Virus record (IMG/VR): IMGVR_UViG_3300048502_000088
Location: 62,001-96,486 of that record
DNA: 34,486 bases
Source of the DNA: an uncultured virus (IMG/VR IMGVR_UViG_3300048502_000088)
Taxonomy: Duplodnaviria > Heunggongvirae > Uroviricota > Caudoviricetes
Reading direction: 5' to 3' (one strand)
Part shown: positions 9,378 through 19,288 of the stretch, in pieces
Layout of the letters: the number at the start of each line of letters is the position of its first letter
Position numbering within the stretch: the stretch's first letter is position 1
Program-made: the position numbers and the translations under genes
The notes under the pieces: model-generated
Told to the model about the DNA's origin: nothing
What the model saw: the letters and a program-made list of their open reading frames with translations, nothing else
Databases searched by the model: none

Positions 9378-9898
9378 TCGTCGCCTCCCACGTCAGGAAA
9401 CAACCAAGAGAAATCCTCTAGCGCGTCATTCCGCTTATCGTCGCGGGACTGACGCTGTTTAACCATGCGCTCGTAGCGGGCGCGGGCTTCTTCGGTCATT
9501 TGGACTCCTGCGACATCAAGAGCGCATTGAGAGAAATGTAGACCAGCATAAACTAAACCAAACCATGAAGGCCATTAGAGGCAGCACCCGCGATCCCGGC
9601 AGTCACATAACCGGACCAGAACATGATCCTCTTCTGTCCATTCGTCACGGATACACTTCCCGCCGCGCTTGCTTAACCGCTGCGGCTTCCTCGGGCAGTC
9701 CGCGCTTAACGAGAAGTGCGGCCATCGCGCTGGGCTTTCGCTCCTGCTGCGATGCCATCCTGGCCAGCCTGCGAAACACATAGCCTGGAAGCCTGATGCT
9801 GAGAACCTTGCTGTCCGATGTCATCCTCTAAACTGTAACCTTAGATGACAGCCGCTGTCAACCATTTTCTTCGGCCCCCGCCATGCACTACTCGCGGC

Positions 9899-10096
9899 AT
9901 GCCATTCCCGTTAATCCAAATCATCATCGCGCTCGTGGTTGTGGGTCTCATCTTGTGGGTGATCGAGCAAATACCCATGGACGCCATGATTCAAAAGATC
10001 ATCCGCGTCGTAGTCGTGGTCTGCGTATGCCTATGGCTGCTCAGTTTCCTGTTCGGCGCTGCTGGCTACCTCTCACCGCTAACGCTGCGCAGGTGA
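9899..10096 (+). CDS. Small two-TM membrane protein (Thivi_2564-like)
   Basis: LIQIIIALVVVGLILWVIEQIPMD..IQKIIRVVVVV.V.LWLL. Confidence 0.7.
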   Translation: MPFPLIQIIIALVVVGLILWVIEQIPMDAMIQKIIRVVVVVCVCLWLLSFLFGAAGYLSPLTLRR

Positions 10097-10255
10097 CTAC
10101 CGGCGGTCATTTCCTGAGCGACATATTCACCCCGGCGGGTTTCTTTAACTCCTGCGTGGGCGGAGCTATGTGCTCGGCGGCTGGCTGTCCGCAGGCGCAG
10201 CGAGTGCCCGGCCTGCTGTCCTGCCTGCGCATATCCACCCTCCCTCATCCCCCTG

Positions 10256-12409
10256 TCACCACGTCTTCGCCACGTCACCCCTCTTCGGCATCCCCGGCGG
10301 CAATATCAGATTTCCCCAGACGTGCGCGCACTGCGAGCACCGCCAGCCCTGCTGCATCCGCGACACCGACACCGACGTACACGCGGGGCACGCCAGTGTC
10401 TCATCCCCGACTGCGGGCTTTGTCATCTGACTGCCAACCACCTTACCCATAATCTTTTTGGCCAACTCGTTATCTCCAATCTGACCCTGCACCACAGGGT
10501 TCTCCGCCATCTTCTTCATTAACTCGATCAGCCCCATGCTCCGGTTTAAGCCGAACAGCTCCGTGAGCGCGAACACGCAGGCGTCCAGCGACCCCGGCGA
10601 ACGCCCCAGTCTTTTCCTGACATCCTCCGCCGTGTCGCCGCTGCGGATCGAGCACATCTCCTCTTCGAGCGTCTGGAATACTCCGCAGTGGATAACTCGC
10701 GTCGGCTGATTCTCGTACAGCAGAGACACGGGGTCCGCTCTCAATATTTTCCCCCGCGAAGAAGTTACCAGGTCCACGCGCATGTGTGGGTTCGCATGGT
10801 GAAGCGTGCTGCGGACCATCTCCCCGCCGTAATTCCGTTCGGCGACCACCAGGTCCGCGCCCCATTTGAGCCACATGTCGTTGACCATGGAGGCCCACTT
10901 TTCAGGGGAGCCCGTCATGCTGGCGTCTTCGAGGACGTAAGCGCGGTTATCCTCGCCCATGCCGCAGACGACGATGCCGATGTTGTCGGCCTTTTCCCCG
11001 ATAGCGCCTGAGGCTCCCGACGGATCTACGCCTACGACGATACGGCGCATGGGGACGGGGAAGTCGTTGGTCCCGCCGCATACATCTCCGAGACAGCGAT
11101 CCAGTACCATCGAGGTCCAGAGCGCTCCCGGCAGTTCGTCCTGGTAGTCGCCATCCCTGAACCGCGCGCGCATACGTGCCGGCATCCGGTCGAGCATGGC
11201 CAAATAATCGGGGTCGATGTTTTGCAGGTTATCGACCGGGTTCATCTTCAACCAGGCGTAGTCGGCGGGGTTCAGCTTCTTCTCCGGCGACAACGGGTCA
11301 ACGTTGAGGTGGAACTCCTTGTAACTCCAGTGCCCGCGCCCGACAGGGTTGAGATCGTGGAATTCCCTGTTTTTCAGGTAGCAGGAAGAGATTATGCCTT
11401 CAGGGGTAACGTGCGTCGAGTGGTCCTTGCACTGATCACAGAGCCCCTTGCGCCCCACAACGCGCTGCACAAGGCGGGTACGGACGGTCAGAACCGACTG
11501 GTATGAGATCTGTGAAGATTCATTAATGTGAATGGTGCTGAACTCCCTGCCAAGTACTTTGTCAACACGGTCTTTATCGTCGAGCCCGCCGACCCAATAC
11601 TCAGAGCCGTTCAGGAACGTCATATAGCCAAACTGGAGATTCAGCTTAACCGCCGCGCGCAGCCCTGGAAAGAAAAGGTCCATCACCTTCGGGATTGTGT
11701 CGAGCCAGAGGGACTCCCAGGCATTGACGCGGTGAAGCCTGAGGCTGACATGGCGGCTACCCGCGTTGAACAACGCGCGGTTGATGATGTTGCGGACTAT
11801 TACCGCTGTTTTGCCGGAGTTGTGGTTCAGGATGCCGTTGGCGAAATATTGCTCGGTTACCGGGACGTGAAGCGTGTAGTATGGAAGCTCCGCAGCGCCG
11901 ATAACGGAGACGACGCGATCCATGGCGTAACCGCCGGGCGCCGGGTTATCTCGTGACTTGCCAGTTAACCGCCACCATGCCAACAGAAGGACGTCGCTGA
12001 GCCTTTCAATCCGACCCTCCGGCAGAACGGCGACCCCAACGCCAGGAAGCAGCCGCTGCGCCTGAACCCACCCTGACTGCGACCAGAACCGATGATCAGG
12101 CGTCACCGTTATTCGACGACCCGACGCCAGCGTCACTTCCAGCATCCGACAGTAGCCTTTAAGGAAAGGTGCTTCCGCTACCTGCGTACCGCGAGAGGTG
12201 ATCACCCGGACTGGCTTGCCGATCTCGGCCAGTTCCTTGATCGTCTTATCCTGTCCATCAAGAATCGTCCAACTGGCAACGCAGCGAGATCCCCCTTCAA
12301 GCTGTGTATGGCGGTTTTCACCGCGCATTAAATCGCTTGCCTGAACTTGCTTATCGGTGAACCTGCCCGGCTTCGGTTGCGGCGCGACCGCTACGGCTTT
12401 CTTTGCCAC
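10256..12409 (-). CDS. terL: Terminase large subunit, intein-containing, with C-terminal Zn ribbon
   Basis: Walker A GGSR|SGKT split by intein; Walker B TIHINE; DLNP coupling motif; nuclease VVGVDP...D...E...D; CPAC...CSQC tail. Confidence 0.92.
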   Translation of the reverse strand: MAKKAVAVAPQPKPGRFTDKQVQASDLMRGENRHTQLEGGSRCVASWTILDGQDKTIKELAEIGKPVRVITSRGTQVAEAPFLKGYCRMLEVTLASGRRITVTPDHRFWSQSGWVQAQRLLPGVGVAVLPEGRIERLSDVLLLAWWRLTGKSRDNPAPGGYAMDRVVSVIGAAELPYYTLHVPVTEQYFANGILNHNSGKTAVIVRNIINRALFNAGSRHVSLRLHRVNAWESLWLDTIPKVMDLFFPGLRAAVKLNLQFGYMTFLNGSEYWVGGLDDKDRVDKVLGREFSTIHINESSQISYQSVLTVRTRLVQRVVGRKGLCDQCKDHSTHVTPEGIISSCYLKNREFHDLNPVGRGHWSYKEFHLNVDPLSPEKKLNPADYAWLKMNPVDNLQNIDPDYLAMLDRMPARMRARFRDGDYQDELPGALWTSMVLDRCLGDVCGGTNDFPVPMRRIVVGVDPSGASGAIGEKADNIGIVVCGMGEDNRAYVLEDASMTGSPEKWASMVNDMWLKWGADLVVAERNYGGEMVRSTLHHANPHMRVDLVTSSRGKILRADPVSLLYENQPTRVIHCGVFQTLEEEMCSIRSGDTAEDVRKRLGRSPGSLDACVFALTELFGLNRSMGLIELMKKMAENPVVQGQIGDNELAKKIMGKVVGSQMTKPAVGDETLACPACTSVSVSRMQQGWRCSQCAHVWGNLILPPGMPKRGDVAKTW
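11819..12283 (-). mobile_element. Mini-intein (155 aa, no homing endonuclease) in the TerL P-loop
   Basis: Starts at Cys43, TPDH block B, ends YFANGILNHN, +1 Ser; removal restores GGSRSGKT. Confidence 0.92.
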
Positions 12410-12526
12410 TGATCTCAGGGTAACCCTTGACAGCGGGCGCAGCCCAGGCTAAACTGACAGCGTATTTAAAATCCCAACGGAGCCTAAAAAAGAGCGCTTG
12501 CTCCGTGCGCTGGAAAGGCACCCCTC

Positions 12527-13448
12527 GTGCATAAAAATCAAATAGTCGTTTGCGTAAAACAGGACGGAAAAATCCTCCGCGAATCTCGCGACAGAGAGTC
12601 GGGAGATACCGTATCCATGCCCTTCGGCTCCGAGTACACGGTACTGGTAAAAAACCTCAACTCCGTGCGTGCCCAGATCAATATGGCCATCGACGGCGAG
12701 GACGCGGTCGGCGCCGTGATCATCGGCGCTAACCAGAGCGTCGAGCTTGAGCGATTCGTTAAGGGCGGCAACCTCACGCAGGGCAACCGCTTTAAGTTCA
12801 TCGAGCGTTCGGCGGCGGTCGAGGCTCATCGCGGGATCGGGGCCGAGGATGGCCTGGTGCGGGTCGAGGCGTGGCGAGAGAAGATAGAACCGTACACGTA
12901 CATCCCGGTGGCTTATCCTGTGCCCTCACCGGGACCAGGCCTCTGGTATCCTCCCTACCCGGCTCCCTACCTGCCTCCGTATCGACCGCGCCCCTACTGG
13001 GAGCATCCGTACGGAACGTGGTGCAATGCGACAGGCGGCACTACGTGGCCGATCAATGCCGCCAACAGCGCCGCAACAGCGCAACAAGCTTCAGCGGCCA
13101 GAACACCAATAGCGGACCCAGCCTCCGCCAGCGGTCATCTATTCAGGCGCGCGGAGCGAAGATGGGGCCATTACGAGGCGCGCCTGGCCCCGCCGTCTCC
13201 TCCACCCACGAAGGCATCACGGTCCCCGGCGGCATCAGCAACCAGCAATTTACTCTCGCCTCCCGTTTCCCGCTGGAGCCGACATCCTCAGTGATCGTCC
13301 TGAAACTGCGCGGGGATGTCGATGGCGTGCTCCGGTTGCGGAGCCAATCACCGTGGCGCACAAACTCACCTGTGGGACGTGCGGCAAGAATAATAAGCAC
13401 GGGAACCTGTTCTGCGGGCGTTGCGGCGCGGGGCTGGCGCTGGCCTGA
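12527..13448 (+). pseudogene. Phage hypothetical protein with C-terminal double Zn ribbon, broken by two frameshifts
   Basis: First frame PFGSEYTVLVKNLN...FKFIER; second frame GITVPGGISNQQF...VIVLKLRG; third frame EPITVAHKLTCGTCG...FCGRCGAGL, TGA at 13448. Confidence 0.7.
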
Positions 13449-13455
13449 ATACTAA

Positions 13456-13495
13456 AGGGGCCACCCCGCCGTTAAGCGTGCTCCGGGTGGCCCCT
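13456..13495. terminator. GC-rich hairpin between convergent genes
   Basis: AGGGGCCACCC...GGGTGGCCCCT 11-bp arms; no strong U tract. Confidence 0.4.
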
Positions 13496-13670
13496 GCCCT
13501 GTATCTTCCGCGCCCGCCATTAAAGGCGGCTCCTTTCGGAACTATCTTACAACGGCTTCGAGGAGAATAGAACCTCGCCACCATCTCCCGTTCGCGCGTT
13601 AATCTCCCCGGAGGCGACCATGTCCAGCCCAACCTCAAGAAAGCCTGCGGGCGGACGACTCCCCGCCGCC

Positions 13671-14144
13671 TTACCCACGTGGCACCGGGTTACTCTCGAC
13701 ATACCGCGCGATCTCGCTGTACAGCGGGTGGTCGCACAGTGCCACGCTCATCTTCACGTTCATGTCGCGCTGGCGGACCATGTCCACCCGCACCCGAACG
13801 GCGTCCATCGTTCCAGGCGGGCAGTCTTTGGTGTAGAAGGCGATATGGAACTCATCCACTGAAGGCTCCGAGCCAACCACCTCCCCAGCGCTAACAAAGT
13901 CTACGTATTTTTCTTCGCCCAACGCAAACTGCTCCCACGCCGACCGATTCAGCACACCGATACTGATAGTTCCATTGGGGGTCCACTTAAAGAACTGCTT
14001 GTTTTCTGGAGATCCGTCGTAGACGGCGGTGAGTTTAATCGTCCGGAGTTCTTCTCCGCGATCAAGGCTGGTCTCGTAGGACTGAACTTTGAACTTCGCG
14101 CGCACGACGCCGCTGGCGCGAGCAGTTGCTTTTTCGTTTTCCAT
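13671..14144 (-). CDS. Phage hypothetical protein
   Basis: VRAKFKV...SPENKQFFKWTPNG.I...F..G.E.YVDF recognised as a common phage family; GAGGTG RBS. Confidence 0.7.
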   Translation of the reverse strand: MENEKATARASGVVRAKFKVQSYETSLDRGEELRTIKLTAVYDGSPENKQFFKWTPNGTISIGVLNRSAWEQFALGEEKYVDFVSAGEVVGSEPSVDEFHIAFYTKDCPPGTMDAVRVRVDMVRQRDMNVKMSVALCDHPLYSEIARYVESNPVPRG

Positions 14145-14229
14145 ATAACACCTCAGAGCGTACTACCGGATCACTTCTTCCCGGTGCCGCCTGCTGGCAT
14201 ATTACCATAACAACCCGTGCTCCTTCCGC

Positions 14230-14424
14230 TTAATCCGCAATACCTTCGCCGACTTTTCGTGGACGATCCTGCGTGACTTCGGAGTTCGGTTGGTCTTCCC
14301 CGTAATCAGAAACCAGATGCAATAACAATAGCACCGAAAGCGACCACACAACAGCCAGCACAGGGTCAACCGCTGACATACAGCAGGCGGTTACGACTAC
14401 GGCGCAGAGAGCGGCCTCGATCAT
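14230..14424 (-). CDS. Small membrane protein
   Basis: Hydrophobic N-half; ATGA overlap. Confidence 0.45.
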   Translation of the reverse strand: MIEAALCAVVVTACCMSAVDPVLAVVWSLSVLLLLHLVSDYGEDQPNSEVTQDRPRKVGEGIAD

Positions 14425-14642
14425 TTACCGCGCACCTTCCACCTGACCCGCCCCTGCCGCCTCAGGCACGTCGGACAGATATGCCGCTCACCGTGCATGC
14501 GCCAGCCTGCGTGATAGGCCAGCATGTTAACGTTTACGTGCGTGTCCGCCGACCACTCACCCGCGACCTGACAGTGCATGCCGCGCGGCGGTATCGCGTC
14601 ACATTCCAGACGGAGGTGGTGGAGGATGTATTCGGCGATCAT
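14421..14642 (-). CDS. Small Cys/His hypothetical protein
   Basis: LECD...GW...HICPTC. Confidence 0.55.
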   Translation of the reverse strand: MIAEYILHHLRLECDAIPPRGMHCQVAGEWSADTHVNVNMLAYHAGWRMHGERHICPTCLRRQGRVRWKVRGK

Positions 14643-14679
14643 GGCGCGTGGCTAATACGGTTACTTAACGCTCTGCCCC

Positions 14680-15090
14680 TCAACCCCGCGCCGAAGCCTT
14701 TCGCTCCAGCTCCGTCACTCTATCCTCCAGCGTCCGCTCCGCCGTCACCGGCTCCAGAATAATGCGGCGGTTGTCATGGCCGTACTGGTTACTGCCATAG
14801 TTGTCGGTTAGTAATGCCCCGAAAGACAGATCGGACTCCAGCAAGCGCACGCCTTTGGTGGACAGATACCACTCGCCTGCGCGGGGCACCCGGAACCAAT
14901 CCTCCCCTCCCTTCCTTAGCCACGCATCCGGCAGCCAAGCATCCGGGATTTTATGATGCTCCAATTGCATGACGTTGTAGGCGTTGTCGGGCGCAAGCCG
15001 GACAGTGGCGCTGGCGGTTCCTGTATCGATAGCTAACGTCTCAACCGCCTTCAACCACGGCGGCATCCATTCAATGTTCTGACGGTTCAT
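14680..15090 (-). CDS. Hypothetical protein
   Basis: AGGAG RBS; C-terminal TLEDRVTELER. Confidence 0.6.
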   Translation of the reverse strand: MNRQNIEWMPPWLKAVETLAIDTGTASATVRLAPDNAYNVMQLEHHKIPDAWLPDAWLRKGGEDWFRVPRAGEWYLSTKGVRLLESDLSFGALLTDNYGSNQYGHDNRRIILEPVTAERTLEDRVTELERKASARG

Positions 15091-15111
15091 TTCAACTCCT
15101 GAGGTGGATAC

Positions 15112-15162
15112 CTCCGGCTTTCAGCTGGAGAGCTTTTAGCGGCTACCGGCTTTCAGCCGGTA
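15112..15162. repeat. Twin hairpins with CCGGCTTTCAGC(C/T)GG core
   Basis: CTCCGGCTTTCAGCTGGAG (15112-15130) and TACCGGCTTTCAGCCGGTA (15144-15162). Confidence 0.7.
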
Positions 15163-15456
15163 CGTCGTTCATTTTTTCTTCCTTCTGGTTGCCACACATT
15201 ACCATAACAAAATAAAGACTTTAATTACGATTTCTTCGGGGAAGGTTGCCACCCCGAAACCTGTGGCGCTACCATTTCCCGCATCGGCCACCGCTCCAGG
15301 CACCTCGTCACAGCCACAGAACCAGAACTCAGAGCCATTCGACGGTGGCTTTACGTCAGCGTGCTCTCCATTCATCCCGCCGTGCCTGTACGGCAGGCGC
15401 AGGCTTATCAGTCCCGGCCCGCTCCAACCTCGACCAGCCAGAATACGCCTCATGCT

Positions 15457-15858
15457 TTAACCCTCCTTAACCATCCGCTTCCGCCCATGACTCTTCTGCT
15501 TATCCCGGCACGCAGCCCCGCCGCACGTGACCTGGTTTGGAGCCGACTTATCGACGCCCTTGCGCCCGCAGTGCGGGCAGTCCACCTTACCCCACCCACG
15601 GCCTCCCCATGGCGGCAGGATCTGGCGGTGGATCACAGGAGCCGCCCCGGACCGTCCACGGGAGGATCTCCGAGTACTCCCATTAGCCATCCCAACACGA
15701 ACGCGAAGGCCACAGCGATCACCGCAGCGCGTCGGCCACCGCGATACCCCACCCACATACAGGCGGACAACGGGATACTGGTACATTTGCTCACACTTTA
15801 AGCCGATCTCCTTTTCGCAAACAGCCAAAGATTCGGGCGTGTCCATCATGAAAATCAC
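15457..15858 (-). CDS. Hypothetical protein with Cys-rich C-terminus
   Basis: CPHCG...NQVTCGGAAC; coupled to neighbours. Confidence 0.4.
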   Translation of the reverse strand: MIFMMDTPESLAVCEKEIGLKCEQMYQYPVVRLYVGGVSRWPTRCGDRCGLRVRVGMANGSTRRSSRGRSGAAPVIHRQILPPWGGRGWGKVDCPHCGRKGVDKSAPNQVTCGGAACRDKQKSHGRKRMVKEG

Positions 15859-16045
15859 CCGCCAAGCCTCAACCGTCGAGCGCGGTCAGTCTGCTTTTTT
15901 CGTGGCTTCCGGCACGCTGGACAGTGCAGTGCCCGACCGCTCGTAGCGTTAAATCCAACCTGGCACAAGGCACATATTTTCTTCAAGACGGGACACGACC
16001 AGCAACCGCCCGCCATGAAACCGGGGGCGAATGGCTCACGGGTAA

Positions 16046-16384
16046 TCAACGTTGCCATACAACTCCGCAGTTGACGGTTTCGCGCAACTCAACCCGCGAA
16101 ACCAATTCGATTTTATTGCCGATCCACCGAGCAATGATCTCGCAGGTTGGGTTCGGCATGAAGTCATTGAGGCACCGATGATCGAGCGCGTCTTTAATCG
16201 GCTCCCACAAACGCTTCAGTTCGGCGTAATCCACCACCCACCCCATTGTGGCGTCAATCTCGCCAGTTACCTCCAGGCGCACGCGGTAGGTATGTCCGTG
16301 CATTCTGTGGCACTTGTGGCCATCGGGCACGTTGGGGAGATAGCGAGCCGCGTCGAAACTGTCTTCAAGAAATATCGTCATCAT
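16046..16384 (-). CDS. queD: 6-carboxy-5,6,7,8-tetrahydropterin synthase
   Basis: FDAA...KCHRMHGHTY...GWVVDY..LK...LDHR.LND...NPT.E.IA...L.ET; first Zn-ligand His position reads Arg (FDAARYL). Confidence 0.9.
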   Translation of the reverse strand: MMTIFLEDSFDAARYLPNVPDGHKCHRMHGHTYRVRLEVTGEIDATMGWVVDYAELKRLWEPIKDALDHRCLNDFMPNPTCEIIARWIGNKIELVSRVELRETVNCGVVWQR

Positions 16385-16411
16385 GCCCGCACCTCTTTCG
16401 CAATAAACCGC

Positions 16412-16651
16412 TTATTTACCCCTCAGCCTCTCCAGCGCCCTCTTCCGCCGCGTCTTTAACCCCTCAGCCCGCACCCGCCTCTTATCCTCCGGCGACATCG
16501 TTGCGAGGCCCTTGGGGACCTTAACCGCGCCTCCCTTCCGCCCCATGGCCGAGGCGGCGGCGGTGAGGTCGGCTGACTGCTGACCGCCAGAGGCGTTAAT
16601 CGAGGCGTTAATCGAGGCGTTATCCGGGGTGTTAACCGAGGCGTTAACCAT
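16412..16651 (-). CDS. Small basic protein with GRKGG motif and NASI repeats
   Basis: AAASAMGRKGG...KGLATMSPE; 12-bp tandem repeats near 16590-16647. Confidence 0.5.
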   Translation of the reverse strand: MVNASVNTPDNASINASINASGGQQSADLTAAASAMGRKGGAVKVPKGLATMSPEDKRRVRAEGLKTRRKRALERLRGK

Positions 16652-17117
16652 TCTCAATATCGCTCCATGGTCCATCGATATGCAGTGAAAACTGAATCCT
16701 GGCCGAAGAATCGGACTGCCTCGCGGATATAAGTTCATCCAGGGCGGCGCTGTACATGAAACACGCCCCGGTGGCAGTCCCGTCGGACCTCGCCACTCTC
16801 CAGCGTGCCCTCCCCGGCCCTTCCTTTATCAGCACGTCCAGCTTAGCGTGCAGCCCCTGCACCGCATCCCGGTCACGCTCCATCTGCCGGTTCTGCGACA
16901 TCATGATCAGCGGGGACTGGAAGGTGCTGACGACGGTGAGAACCAGATTAAACATAATGAAAGGGTAGGGGTCGAAGGCAGATCCGCTAACAAGCCAGAT
17001 GGTGTTAATGGCAATCCAAACCGCAGTGAGCGCAGATCCAATAGCGATGAACGTCCATGATCCGCAGAACTCGGTTACGATGTCGGCGGCGCGCTGTGAG
17101 CGTGTCAGGTTTTCCAT
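16644..17117 (-). CDS. DUF1003-like membrane protein
   Basis: GSWTFI...FDPYPFIMFNL.L...FQSPLIMMSQNRQ..RDR. Confidence 0.85.
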   Translation of the reverse strand: MENLTRSQRAADIVTEFCGSWTFIAIGSALTAVWIAINTIWLVSGSAFDPYPFIMFNLVLTVVSTFQSPLIMMSQNRQMERDRDAVQGLHAKLDVLIKEGPGRARWRVARSDGTATGACFMYSAALDELISARQSDSSARIQFSLHIDGPWSDIENG

Positions 17118-17268
17118 TTATTATTGACTCTTTCAGGCGTCGGGATGGTTACTCATGCTGCCCGGACCATTGCCATACGTTGACTATACGCTAATTAACG
17201 CTCCAGAGTCAACGGGCTGGTATTTTTTACGGGGCCACCCGTTCGGGCGGAACGTGGCTGAGCGGCAC

Positions 17269-17775
17269 TCAACCTTTCAAGCACCGCAAGTAATCCAGGA
17301 TCTCAAGCGCTCGCTCGCTCTTTCCATTGGCGGGGCACGGCTCTTTCAGTTGTGCTTCGGCCGCTTTCTTCAGGCGGGGCCAACTCGGCATCCCGCAATG
17401 CCACTCAATCCGCACCGCTCCACATTCGCAGGGCATGCAGTGGTCCATCGACCAGCGATCCATCGGCCAGCGATGACCGATCAAATCCCGCCAGTGCGCG
17501 TAGCAAAGCTGGTTCGCGTAGGACGCCGGTCCTTTGCAGTGCTGTCCGGTGGTTCGGCTGACCTCACGACAGTCGCCGACCCTCGACCATCGCGGACGCG
17601 GTTTCAGTTTCGGGACGATTGGCTGGGCGACGATTGGCTGGGCCGGAGTCGCGTGGAAGTTCGGCAGTCCCCGGCGCAAGTACTCCAGGCCAGCCTCAAA
17701 TACCGCCAGGTCATCGGCTGCGATCTGAAGTTGCAACGCGCTGCATCGTGTCATATCCGACCGCGCGCTGGCCAC
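17269..17775 (-). CDS. Cys-rich hypothetical protein
   Basis: C...TTGQHC...LC.AH pattern; start uncertain. Confidence 0.4.
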   Translation of the reverse strand: MASARSDMTRCSALQLQIAADDLAVFEAGLEYLRRGLPNFHATPAQPIVAQPIVPKLKPRPRWSRVGDCREVSRTTGQHCKGPASYANQLCYAHWRDLIGHRWPMDRWSMDHCMPCECGAVRIEWHCGMPSWPRLKKAAEAQLKEPCPANGKSERALEILDYLRCLKG

Positions 17776-17803
17776 TTTTCAGTCGTTCCGCCTGCTGTCC
17801 CGG

Positions 17804-18484
17804 TCATGATGACACCTTGATCTGTCTGGCAATAAATTCGGAGTAAGCAGGTGGAATCGACTCCGAAAGTTCGTCGATTTTCATCCAGTCTATCCCCATT
17901 GCCTCAAAGCCCCAAGATTGAGGAAGAACCACCCCGATTGGATTCCCGCGTGTCTCCTTTGGCTTAGCGTAATGCCGTTTCTCTTGCGCGATGTTCCGGA
18001 CCTTCGCGCCATAAACCCCAAGGGTTTTATCGGCATGGCGACAAGGACCGGGGGTGCTGATTTCACAGTTGGACTCGAAATATCGATGGCGGCGCAATTG
18101 GAAACCGTGAGATTGCAAATTGAACATGCTTCCGCAGAGCATCACGGCATCTTTCAACGGAGCGCCAAATACATTTTCGATGACATAGGGCAGACGACTT
18201 CTCTTCAGCATCGCCCGAACTGGAGCGATGAGATCGGGATGCTTTCGGGCGTTGGTCATCGTCTTCAGCGCGCAATAGTGTTGGCACGGAGGGCTTGCCC
18301 AAATGAAATCGAAATGTCGCAACCACTCGTAAGTAAAGGCTGGGCTCAGGGCATCAGATTGGGTAAACTGTTCTCCGCAATATCTCGGCTGTGGGTTGAT
18401 GTCTACGCCGTGAACCTTGAACCCAGCCCTCTGCAAACCCTTCGTTACGCCCCCGGCTCCGCAGAAAAGATCCAGCGCCTTCAT
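17804..18484 (-). CDS. Phage-type short C5 DNA cytosine methyltransferase
   Basis: LDLFCGAGG (motif I), ASPPCQ (IV), IENV (VI), R.R.FE (VIII), MGIDWM...SIPPAYSEFI. Confidence 0.9.
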   Translation of the reverse strand: MKALDLFCGAGGVTKGLQRAGFKVHGVDINPQPRYCGEQFTQSDALSPAFTYEWLRHFDFIWASPPCQHYCALKTMTNARKHPDLIAPVRAMLKRSRLPYVIENVFGAPLKDAVMLCGSMFNLQSHGFQLRRHRYFESNCEISTPGPCRHADKTLGVYGAKVRNIAQEKRHYAKPKETRGNPIGVVLPQSWGFEAMGIDWMKIDELSESIPPAYSEFIARQIKVSS

Positions 18485-18696
18485 GCTGACACCATCGTTA
18501 CTTGTGATTCCAGCGGCGCAAGCCTCCAGCCCGGTAACAGCGAGGCAACGTCTTCGTCTGCCAAGCTCCGCATCTGGATTATGGTCAAGTCCATGCTTCG
18601 CAGTTCCATGCTTCGCAGGTCCATGCTTCGCAAGTCCATGCTTCGCAGGTTGCGGACGATTGCAAGTATCTCGTCCAGCTTATTGTCGGGGTTCAT
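18481..18696 (-). CDS. Small protein with (LRSMD/E)4 repeat
   Basis: 15-bp in-frame tandem repeat at ~18587-18650; ATGA overlap with the methylase start. Confidence 0.5.
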   Translation of the reverse strand: MNPDNKLDEILAIVRNLRSMDLRSMDLRSMELRSMDLTIIQMRSLADEDVASLLPGWRLAPLESQVTMVSA

Positions 18697-18721
18697 GTCT
18701 GCCACGAATCTCACTAACCAC

Positions 18722-18750
18722 ACCCTATCACCGCGCGCACCGTATGTCAA
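18722..18750 (-). promoter_or_regulatory. Sigma70-like leftward promoter
   Basis: TTGACA-N17-TAGGGT with TG extension on minus strand. Confidence 0.6.
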
Positions 18751-18863
18751 TAAGCGTCAAATGATTATTTTGGCTTGAGGGGGGAATCCATAAAAAGTGG
18801 ACCGCGCAGTGCTTTTTGCCGCCTTTTCGGTTGTTTCGCCTAATCGAAAGATTACCGGGCGAG

Positions 18864-19218
18864 GCCGGTCGCCGGTCGCCGGTCGCCGGTCGCCGGGTCG
18901 CCGGTCGCCGGTCGCCGGTCGCCGGTCGCCGGTCGCCGGTCGCCGGTCGCCGGTCGCCGGTCGCCGGTCGCCGGTCGCCGGTCGCCGGTCGCCGGTCGCC
19001 GGTCGCCGGTCGCCGGTCGCCGGTCGCCGGTCGCCGGGTCGCCGGTCGCCGGTCGCCGGGTCGCCGGTCGCCGGTCGCCGGTCGCCGGTCGCCGGGTCGC
19101 CGGTCGCCGGTCGCCGGTCGCCGGTCGCCGGTCGCCGGTCGCCGGTCGCCGGTCGCCGGTCGCCGGGTCGCCGGTCGCCGGTCGCCGGTCGCCGGTCGCC
19201 GGTCGCCGGTCGCCGGGT
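18864..19218. repeat. Heptamer tandem array (GCCGGTC) x ~50 with a few 8-nt GCCGGGTC variants
   Basis: Directly visible, ~355 bp. Confidence 0.97.
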
Positions 19219-19253
19219 TTCCATCACACCATCGGTCGATCACATTATTCCGC

Positions 19254-19282
19254 TTGACACGGTTTCATGTTTTTGGCATACT
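19254..19282 (+). promoter_or_regulatory. Sigma70-like rightward promoter, probably leaderless mRNA
   Basis: TTGACA-N17-CATACT; ATG at 19289. Confidence 0.65.
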
Positions 19283-19288
19283 CTAAGT

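Noticed and set aside
17918..18778. 286-aa plus-strand ORF (also 17155..17820)
   Set aside because: Antisense to the methylase and neighbours; no independent evidence
18728..19286. PATGDRR / SPVAGRR repeat proteins
   Set aside because: By-products of a stop-free heptamer array read in several frames
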